Part shown: positions 1-6,997 of the stretch, piece by piece
Position numbering within the stretch: position 1 is the stretch's first letter
Layout: the number at the start of each line of letters is the position of its first letter
Assembly (NCBI GenBank): GCA_048938895.1
Contig: JBHLLU010000095.1
Coordinates: 1-11,091, forward strand
Direction of reading: 5' to 3'
Length of the DNA: 11,091 bases
DNA from: Promethearchaeota archaeon
GTDB taxonomy: Archaea; Asgardarchaeota; Lokiarchaeia; Sigyniarchaeales; SOKP01
Made by a program: the position numbers and the translations under genes
The notes under the pieces: model-generated
What the model saw: only the letters and a program-made list of their open reading frames with translations
Database searches by the model: none
What the model was told of the DNA's origin: nothing

Positions 1-24
1 AAAAGAAATAAATAAAAAAAATTT
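1..24 (-). terminator. Probable archaeal oligo-T terminator downstream of tfb
   Basis: Minus strand reads AAATTTTTTTTATTTATTTCTTTT about 50 nt after the tfb stop codon. U-tracts are typical archaeal terminators, but the region is AT-rich anyway. Confidence 0.45.
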
Positions 25-73
25 GTATTCTAATTACTCAGTTCTGGTAAATCTTTCGTAAAGATTCTCCGAA

Positions 74-1006
74 TTACTGAAGTTTGCTTTTAATTTGTTT
101 GGATCGACTTCTCAAGGTAACTTCTGTGACTTTTGCCACTTCTGAGACCTCTGCCTGTGTTTTACGATGGTTTCCAGCTTTTGCAGCCATATAAATTACG
201 CTTGCAGCTAATCCTTTTGGATCCTTGCCAGTTCGAAGCAAACCATTTTTAGATGCTTCCACTAGCATGTTTATCGCTTTTTTCTGGGTTTCCATTGGTA
301 AGCCAAGGTCGTTCCCGAACCGGAATACTAATTGTTCTGCGGTAATCGGCTTGTATTTAAGTCCAAGCTCAGGTAACACTTCTTTCACCACCATCCCTAA
401 GGAACGATGCACTGTCCGTCTTGGTGTCATGGAAGCTTCGCACACTTCTTCAAGTAATCGTGGGAACTCGTGGACTCGGATTGCGGCGTATAAGGATGCA
501 GCAATGAATCCGTCTATGCTTCTACCCATAGTTAATTTTTTCTTTGCTACTACTGAATAAATTTTCCAAGCCGTTTCTTTTATATATTCAGGGATATTCA
601 TTTTACTGGTGAGCATTTTAAGCTTAGGCTTAGCTTCCCAGAAATTTCTTTCGATACTTGAGATTAATGAATTCTGAATCTTTGATAATCGTGAAAATAA
701 GGTTTTGCCACGAGCATTAATCAAGCGCCCTTTAGAATCAATTTTACTATTGGGAAGCATCGTACGGGGTCCAAATTCACGCCATCGAGGTTCAGTACGT
801 CTCCGTTTGTTAACCTCCTCGACTGTGTATGCTCTACGTTCATTTCCAACAAGATTGCGACCGAGAATCATTCCGCAATTTGTACATACCGCATCACCAT
901 CTTGTGGTTCGATACAAGGATTATCGCAACATTGAGCATCTGAACTGCAGCTTTCCTCTTCCGATCCTACCTTGGTTGAGCGAAGTCTGTCTTTATAATA
1001 ACTCAT
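74..1006 (-). CDS. tfb: Transcription initiation factor IIB (archaeal TFB), divergent
   Basis: 310 aa. N-terminal Zn-ribbon (CC...CTNCG), B-reader-like ERRAY...RRRTEP, two cyclin repeats (GRSIDGFIAASLYAAIR; GKDPKGLAASVIY) and C-terminal HTH TQAEVSEVAKVTEVTLRSR. Confidence 0.95.
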   Translation of the reverse strand: MSYYKDRLRSTKVGSEEESCSSDAQCCDNPCIEPQDGDAVCTNCGMILGRNLVGNERRAYTVEEVNKRRRTEPRWREFGPRTMLPNSKIDSKGRLINARGKTLFSRLSKIQNSLISSIERNFWEAKPKLKMLTSKMNIPEYIKETAWKIYSVVAKKKLTMGRSIDGFIAASLYAAIRVHEFPRLLEEVCEASMTPRRTVHRSLGMVVKEVLPELGLKYKPITAEQLVFRFGNDLGLPMETQKKAINMLVEASKNGLLRTGKDPKGLAASVIYMAAKAGNHRKTQAEVSEVAKVTEVTLRSRSKQIKSKLQ

Positions 1007-1012
1007 TTTTCT

Positions 1013-1018
1013 TCACCT
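1013..1018 (-). promoter_or_regulatory. Shine-Dalgarno site for tfb
   Basis: AGGTGA on the minus strand, 6 nt upstream of the ATG at 1006; matches the archaeal GGAGGTGA consensus. Confidence 0.7.
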
Positions 1019-1210
1019 GGGTGTATATCTTTTCGACTGAAATTATTTTTTTTTTTCGTATCTAAGTCATGTAATGTAGAAATTATTACATTTTCTTATG
1101 ATCTTTGATCTTAATGATCGGTTAAGTATTTAATTTTAACAATTTTAAATTATAACAATTTCTAATTCCCAAAACTAAATACTAATGGTTAAGATCTTTT
1201 AAGGCGATCG

Positions 1211-1230
1211 TATATATATAAGTTTTATTA
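1211..1230 (-). promoter_or_regulatory. Candidate BRE/TATA promoter for tfb
   Basis: Minus strand TAATAAAAC-TTATATATATA. This would imply a leader of about 180 nt. Confidence 0.45.
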
Positions 1231-1250
1231 TACAAAAATGTTATCTGTTA

Positions 1251-1283
1251 TCGTACGTACGAAAAACTCCCATTTTAATGGGA
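1251..1283. repeat. Two adjacent palindromes, candidate regulator binding sites
   Basis: Perfect 12-bp palindrome TCGTACGTACGA (1251-1262) and TCCCATT-TT-AATGGGA (1268-1283). Confidence 0.55.
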
Positions 1284-1450
1284 ATCAAGAAATTTATAGA
1301 TTATAATATGTGTTCCGTTTTCTTTTTCTCGATACTAATTTTCTCTAAGATGATGTTTTTGAAATACTGAAAAATTTCACTATAATATCCAGAAATTGGT
1401 TCCTTAAGAGAAATATACATGACCAAATTATGAAATGTGAACAAGAATTG

Positions 1451-1732
1451 TTAATTCATTATCGACAAAAAGAACAAAAATAATAATGTAAATCCAAGAC
1501 CGATCCCAATTATACAATCGAGAATATCGGCCTTATTAATTAAATCATAAACTCCTATAGTAATAGAAATGCAAGCTAATAGTAGAGTAATAAATTTGTA
1601 CAGACTAGATAAAAACTCTAATGAGTGAGGTAATAGTCCTAAAATATACCATAATAAGAGACCAGCAAGACCACTATACATTGAATATGATCTATTTTTT
1701 TTAGTTGATGATTTCTGATTATTATTCTCCAA
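1451..1732 (-). CDS. Small hypothetical membrane protein (about 3 TM helices)
   Basis: 93 aa with a TTG start (exact start uncertain). Basic polar N-terminus followed by three hydrophobic segments. TTTATAT lies about 35 nt upstream. Confidence 0.65.
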   Translation of the reverse strand: MENNNQKSSTKKNRSYSMYSGLAGLLLWYILGLLPHSLEFLSSLYKFITLLLACISITIGVYDLINKADILDCIIGIGLGFTLLFLFFLSIMN

Positions 1733-1837
1733 AATGAAATCACTATTTGATACTAATTTGTCAAATATAAAAATATTATGAAAGAAGATTCAGTATATTA
1801 TTAGGTTTAATTTTCAATGAACAAAGACAAATTAGTT

Positions 1838-3559
1838 TCAATGGTATAGAAACAAAAATCTTTCCATAAAATACAAGAATATTTGATTGTAATTTCCAGA
1901 AAAGTAAAAATCAGCCGCATGACCAGCCATTGGGAGCCAAAGAATTGCACATTCATCATTTCCCTTACTTCTGTAAGTATCTCTTATATTTTCAGATATG
2001 CTAAAATAGTTTAAAATATCATGAGTACCTTGAAATATTAAGCATGGAGGGCTATTTTCATCAATTAACTTTTCAGGATGTTTAAATTCTTCACTACCGC
2101 TTATCCCAAAAAATACCATCTGACCATTCGCAGGATAAAATGGTATCAATCCTCTAATTGTTAGGTTATCACCAAATATATCAGTGTAGTTACCACTCGT
2201 TATTGCTAAGGCTACTGCACTTGCAAGGTGTCCTCCTGCTGATCCTCCGCTTATAAATACCGAATCTAAATTTGCCCCATATTCATTCGAATGTAGAGAA
2301 AGATATTTCGTAAATTCTCCAATATGGCGCATCATATCATCAATGTTAAAATCCCCTTTTTGGTAATCAGGAGTAAGTGGATCTAGTTCAAACAGAGGAT
2401 TTTTATCCAGACCATATTGAATATCAAACACTACATAGCCTTGAGCGGCAAAATATTTATTCATTTGCATCATATTCATCATTCCTTTATCTCCAGAAAC
2501 CCAACTCCCCCCATGAATTCTAATTATAGTTGAATTTTCTCCTGGGAGATCTTTTTTACAATTACATGGAGTATATGCATCAAAATATAGTTTTATTCCT
2601 TCTTCATCATAAAATAAAGTATTTTTTTCAATAGTGCAGTCTTTTGGTTGCGCACCTAGAAAATAACTTGTAAGAGAAAATGGAGTTGTTAAAAAATAGT
2701 TATTTGTAGTCGAGGGAATCTGATTTTGCCAATCATCTCCAAAAGCACTGGTAAATGATCTTCTAGCATTAATAACTGTAAAATTAGTCATTAAAACAGG
2801 CATTAATAGACATCCAGAAACAAAAAAACCTAAAATTGCTGTTTTATAATATTTTTTAGTGATTCTTTTACGCCCCTTTAATGTCAAGAGTAAAATAGTA
2901 TTAGCTAAAAAGATTATTGAAAAAAACGTCCCAAATTGACCAGAAACCATAGCAACAAAAGTTGTCATAACTTCAAAAGATCCAAAAATAATTACCACAG
3001 CAAAGATGATTCCTATAACGAATATAATTCTGGAAATAATAGTAGCAATTTTCCTCGTGACCTTCTTTGTTCTTATATATTTCCGAGTATTTGGAATGAC
3101 AAAAGAATAATTTAGAAATAGAAAATCAATATTTATTAGCTTTATTAAGTTAAATAAAGCAAAAGATATCCCATATATTAATATACCAAAATAACCAGAA
3201 TATGTTAGCATATAAGCCCCAAATGTATCGATTAGTTCATTTGAATAAATGGACGATAACAATAAATTTCCTAGCATCATACAAGGAATAGCGAAAATTA
3301 TGAAAATTAAAAATCCGTAGCTTAGTAGTCGCGTTTTAACTCTTAAAATATTCTTTTTATGAAGATTAAAATAGACATAGAGCAAATTTTCAAATATAGT
3401 TAAAGTCAAAATGACCCCAAAAATTTCCCATAATAGGGAAGATGTAGAATTCAAGATGTACAATATTCCAAATACTATGCAAAATAAATTTAGGCTAATT
3501 GTTAAGTAACTCGTGATAGTTATGTTCCTTAGTTTTCCTGAATTTTTTAGATCCTTCAT
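1838..3559 (-). CDS. Multi-pass membrane alpha/beta hydrolase (HSL-like carboxylesterase/lipase) with ~7 N-terminal TM helices
   Basis: Oxyanion-hole motif IHGGSW, nucleophile elbow GGSAGG, acid in GTHD, catalytic His in GHAAD. The first ~260 aa hold about seven hydrophobic segments separated by K/R-rich loops. Confidence 0.88.
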   Translation of the reverse strand: MKDLKNSGKLRNITITSYLTISLNLFCIVFGILYILNSTSSLLWEIFGVILTLTIFENLLYVYFNLHKKNILRVKTRLLSYGFLIFIIFAIPCMMLGNLLLSSIYSNELIDTFGAYMLTYSGYFGILIYGISFALFNLIKLINIDFLFLNYSFVIPNTRKYIRTKKVTRKIATIISRIIFVIGIIFAVVIIFGSFEVMTTFVAMVSGQFGTFFSIIFLANTILLLTLKGRKRITKKYYKTAILGFFVSGCLLMPVLMTNFTVINARRSFTSAFGDDWQNQIPSTTNNYFLTTPFSLTSYFLGAQPKDCTIEKNTLFYDEEGIKLYFDAYTPCNCKKDLPGENSTIIRIHGGSWVSGDKGMMNMMQMNKYFAAQGYVVFDIQYGLDKNPLFELDPLTPDYQKGDFNIDDMMRHIGEFTKYLSLHSNEYGANLDSVFISGGSAGGHLASAVALAITSGNYTDIFGDNLTIRGLIPFYPANGQMVFFGISGSEEFKHPEKLIDENSPPCLIFQGTHDILNYFSISENIRDTYRSKGNDECAILWLPMAGHAADFYFSGNYNQIFLYFMERFLFLYH

Positions 3560-3645
3560 TTCTTCCGCTTTATCACAACAATCTAGCCTTAATGAAACTG
3601 ATACATATTAAGGATATTTGGCGACTGATTATATTCTTATTTATG

Positions 3646-3665
3646 TTGAATCGAATTCGATTCAA
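3646..3665. repeat. Perfect 20-bp palindrome, candidate operator or hairpin
   Basis: TTGAATCGAATTCGATTCAA is its own reverse complement and lies about 87 nt upstream of the esterase start. Confidence 0.75.
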
Positions 3666-3778
3666 GGTTAAAAGCTTTATAAAATAATAAAAATCTTCAT
3701 ATAAAAAATTAACAAAAAAATCAATATTTTTAGCAAAAGCAAAGAACATTAAAAATTTTTTAAAAATTTAAAATTCAG

Positions 3779-3795
3779 ATATAAACCTTTTTTTC
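3779..3795 (-). promoter_or_regulatory. Candidate BRE/TATA promoter upstream of the esterase gene
   Basis: Minus strand GAAAAAAAGG-TTTATAT: a purine-rich BRE followed by a TATA box. Confidence 0.5.
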
Positions 3796-3813
3796 ACCTT
3801 TAAATGGATTACT

Positions 3814-5094
3814 TTAATTTTTCAATAAGGGAAGTATTTGAGGACCATTAGGTAAGATTAATATTGAAGCATCATCACCATATTTTTTTAGAGATAGATC
3901 TATAACTTGTTCGACTGTTCTTGCATGTTTTAGTCCGATATTTCCTAATTCGCTTTCTTTTAGTTTAGAAACTACGAAAATCTCTGCTTTCATCAACACA
4001 CGTGTTAGAACTTGAATCTCCCATTGATCAGGGACTACAATTTTTTTATTTAAGATTTTATTATAAATTTTATTTGGATCCATTCCTGAAAATAATAACT
4101 CTTTAAATTTCTCTTGACCGATCCCAATACCCTCTGAACATTCATTTACAGAAATTATAGTTCCCCCCGTTTTTACCGCAATTTCTCCAATAGCCATACT
4201 TTTTACAGCTTGATACAAATTTAGATCTAATGGATATCCCCCATTTCCACATATAACTATATCATATGGCTCAGTTATCTTTTTAAATATGTGTTTTATT
4301 TGGTAATTAACCAATTCTTCATGAATTTCTTCAAAATTACCCGCTCTTACTTTAACAATTTCATGATTTTTATTTATACAAACATTTATCGCAAAATCTA
4401 CTCCTATTAATTTGGATGCCTCAGTTGCACTTTTATGCATTAAATTTTTTTTATACACCCCAAAACGAGAATATTCAGAAGCAATATTCTTAGCAGAATG
4501 GTTTGCTTGAATTGTATCATCACCAGTAATACCTGGGAGGACTGCTTTCCTCCCCCCACTAAAACCAAAAAAGAAATGAGGTTCGACATATCCAGTTATG
4601 ATTTTAAGATCACTTTCATAATATAATTTATTAATATAAAGTGGAATATTATCTGATGTCTTTCCCAAATACTGAAGAGAGTTCTTATCAGTTGCTACGT
4701 GACTAATGATTTTTATTCTATCCGCTAAATGATTCCCTAAAATTTTATTATGTTCATCATTCCGAGAAGGTCTGTGCAGACCAGTTGCTATCAATACTAA
4801 AATTTGATGATCTTTAATTCCATATTCATTTAGTTTTCCTACTAAAGCCTCAAGGATATAATGGGAGGGGACAGGTCTAGTTGAATCTGACACCACTACA
4901 CATACTCTATTTAGATTATTCCTCTGCCGTACAATTTGCCTTAATGATTTGCTGCCTAAAGGATTTTTAATAGCTTCCCTTATTTTCCTTACTGGATCTA
5001 TAAATGGCTTTTGTTCTTCTGGGTGTAGAATAGTTACATTCCACTTTGGGTCAAGAGACAATTCTAATCCGTTTTTACCGTAATCAAGCTTCAT
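3814..5094 (-). CDS. larA: Nickel-pincer-nucleotide-dependent lactate racemase (LarA family)
   Basis: LarA motifs DSTRP, ATGLHR, EPHFF-GFSGGRK, NH, LYQAVK and DQW. AGGAG ribosome-binding site and 4-nt ATGA overlap with the upstream gene. Confidence 0.9.
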   Translation of the reverse strand: MKLDYGKNGLELSLDPKWNVTILHPEEQKPFIDPVRKIREAIKNPLGSKSLRQIVRQRNNLNRVCVVVSDSTRPVPSHYILEALVGKLNEYGIKDHQILVLIATGLHRPSRNDEHNKILGNHLADRIKIISHVATDKNSLQYLGKTSDNIPLYINKLYYESDLKIITGYVEPHFFFGFSGGRKAVLPGITGDDTIQANHSAKNIASEYSRFGVYKKNLMHKSATEASKLIGVDFAINVCINKNHEIVKVRAGNFEEIHEELVNYQIKHIFKKITEPYDIVICGNGGYPLDLNLYQAVKSMAIGEIAVKTGGTIISVNECSEGIGIGQEKFKELLFSGMDPNKIYNKILNKKIVVPDQWEIQVLTRVLMKAEIFVVSKLKESELGNIGLKHARTVEQVIDLSLKKYGDDASILILPNGPQILPLLKN

Positions 5095-6830
5095 TTTTCT
5101 CCTTTTTTTTTATGAATAATTTCTCGAGCTTTTTCAAAAATTTCGGATGTCTTTATTCCTGCAGGACAAACAGAATCACATGAGCCACATAGCGTACAAG
5201 TTTGGAGGATCTCCGCTATAAAATCATTTAATTCAAGTTCTCCATGAACTAAACCATTAAGGATACTGAGTCTCCCTCTTGGACTATATGGTTCGATTAG
5301 ATGATAGATCCTTGATGGACATTTAGTTAGGCAAAATCCACATCTCATACATTTAAGACTTAATAAAGCATCTTTATTCTTAAGATTACGATTATAAATT
5401 GATTTTTTCAATGTTTTGTTATCTCCTTTTCCTATTCCAGGATTTAGGATCCTATTTGGGTCAAAAAAATCCTTAATATCAGTCATTAAATTAACAACAT
5501 CGATACCATGTTCAAATTTAAGATAAGAAGTCTTTATTTTACCAATTCCATGTTCTCCGGTCACGGTACCACCCACAGGAATAATTATTTCTTTGTATAG
5601 ATAATCAACTGCTTTCTCAAAATCCATGATGTCTTCTTCATCATTTTCGTTAAATAAAAATGTTGGGTGTAAATTTCCTTCCATATGACATATTGTCGCC
5701 ACTAATAGATTCTTTGCATTGATATCTTCAGGAATCTTTTCAATTTTTTTTATTATTTCTGCAAAATCTGAAAGTTGAATTGTACAATCTTCAACGCAGG
5801 TATTTGGTCGTATTCTTGAGAGAGCAGGAAGATTTGATTTTCTTGCTAAGATTAACCTCTCCCTTTCTTCTTCTGTTTTAGCAATTTTATGGAAGATGGG
5901 ATTATGTCGGATAATAATATCAAACATTTTTGAGAAATGTTCATCAACTTCTTTAGAAGAATTTCCATCTACTTCAGCTAATAGCATATATCCATCAGGA
6001 AAATCAAAAAATTCTCCTCCTAGGAATTCCTTTACAGCTTTTAACAAAATTTTATCCATAAATTCTAAAAGATTAGGTACTATCCCCCTTTTCCTTAATT
6101 CAATTACGGCATCTCTTAAATATTCAACATTCTCAAAGATATATAAACCAAGTTTTCTTGTTTTAGGTAATGGGCGAATTCTCAAACCGATTTTCGTAAT
6201 AATTCCTAATGTCCCTTCGGAACCTATGAAAAGATCTTTTAAATTATATGATGAAACAGATTTAAGGACTTTAGTTCCTAGATTTAAAATTTTTCCATTA
6301 GGTAATACTACTTCTAAATATAAAACATAATTTTTGGTAACCCCATATTTAAAAGCTTGTATCCCCCCGGCATTGGTTGCAACCATGCCTCCAATAGTAC
6401 AAACTGAACTTGATCCCGGATCTGGGGGAAAAAGATATCCCATTGGTTTTAATATTTCATTTAAATCATCACAAACTACCCCAGGCTCAACCTCGACCAA
6501 ATTATTAACAATATCAATATTAAGGATTTTTTTCATTTGACTTAAGTCTAATATAATCCCGCCATATGGGGTCATTGAGCCAGAAGATAAACTTGTCCCA
6601 CTTCCACGAGGTGTGACAGCAATTTTTTTTTTATTCGCTAATTTTAAAATTTCAGAGACTTGTTGAGATTTCTGTGGCATTAAAATCAAATCAGGAATCC
6701 AGTCCTTAATAAATAAGGAACCCCCAAATGCGTAAGTCCACCGGATTTCGAATTGATCAAAAATGAAATGTGATCCAACAATGGTTTTGAATTGTTCGAG
6801 CAGTGGTTTAGTGATTTTGTTGTATTTCAT
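5091..6830 (-). CDS. FAD-linked D-2-hydroxyacid dehydrogenase (GlcD/D-lactate dehydrogenase family) fused to a C-terminal 2x[4Fe-4S] domain
   Basis: PRGSGTSL, PPDPGS, TIGGMVATNAGG, GSEGTLGIIT, GEHGIG and NPG motifs. The C-terminus carries CMRCGFCLTKCP, SPRGR and CTLCGSCDSVCP. Confidence 0.9.
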   Translation of the reverse strand: MKYNKITKPLLEQFKTIVGSHFIFDQFEIRWTYAFGGSLFIKDWIPDLILMPQKSQQVSEILKLANKKKIAVTPRGSGTSLSSGSMTPYGGIILDLSQMKKILNIDIVNNLVEVEPGVVCDDLNEILKPMGYLFPPDPGSSSVCTIGGMVATNAGGIQAFKYGVTKNYVLYLEVVLPNGKILNLGTKVLKSVSSYNLKDLFIGSEGTLGIITKIGLRIRPLPKTRKLGLYIFENVEYLRDAVIELRKRGIVPNLLEFMDKILLKAVKEFLGGEFFDFPDGYMLLAEVDGNSSKEVDEHFSKMFDIIIRHNPIFHKIAKTEEERERLILARKSNLPALSRIRPNTCVEDCTIQLSDFAEIIKKIEKIPEDINAKNLLVATICHMEGNLHPTFLFNENDEEDIMDFEKAVDYLYKEIIIPVGGTVTGEHGIGKIKTSYLKFEHGIDVVNLMTDIKDFFDPNRILNPGIGKGDNKTLKKSIYNRNLKNKDALLSLKCMRCGFCLTKCPSRIYHLIEPYSPRGRLSILNGLVHGELELNDFIAEILQTCTLCGSCDSVCPAGIKTSEIFEKAREIIHKKKGEK

Positions 6831-6850
6831 TTCACAATTGATAAAAACCT

Positions 6851-6862
6851 AATTAAATCTTT
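6851..6862 (-). promoter_or_regulatory. Candidate BRE/TATA promoter for the dehydrogenase-larA operon (leaderless)
   Basis: Minus strand AAAGATTTAATT centred about 25 nt upstream of the ATG at 6830. No SD sequence is visible. Confidence 0.45.
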
Positions 6863-6997
6863 ACTATACTATATTTTTTTAATCATTTCAAATTATATTT
6901 TATTATTTCAAAAAATAATTATAATACAAATCAATTTTTACCTTAATAAGAATAAAAAGTTTTTCGACTCAAAACAAATCAACATAAGGGGAAATTT

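Noticed and set aside
225-1065. Plus-strand ORFs 225..560, 705..935 and 829..1065
   Set aside because: They lie antisense to the well-supported tfb gene and have no recognisable motifs; shadow ORFs.
1007-1450. Long intergenic region examined for tRNA, CRISPR repeats or a MITE
   Set aside because: No cloverleaf, no regularly spaced repeats, and no terminal inverted repeats with target-site duplication.
5103-5111. A9 tract (minus strand) at the end of the dehydrogenase gene as a possible frameshift fusing it to larA
   Set aside because: It is explained by Lys codons, and larA has its own AGGAG SD and ATGA overlap, so ordinary translational coupling is sufficient.
5896-6540. Plus-strand ORFs 5896..6330 and 6334..6540
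   Set aside because: Antisense shadows of the FAD-linked dehydrogenase gene.
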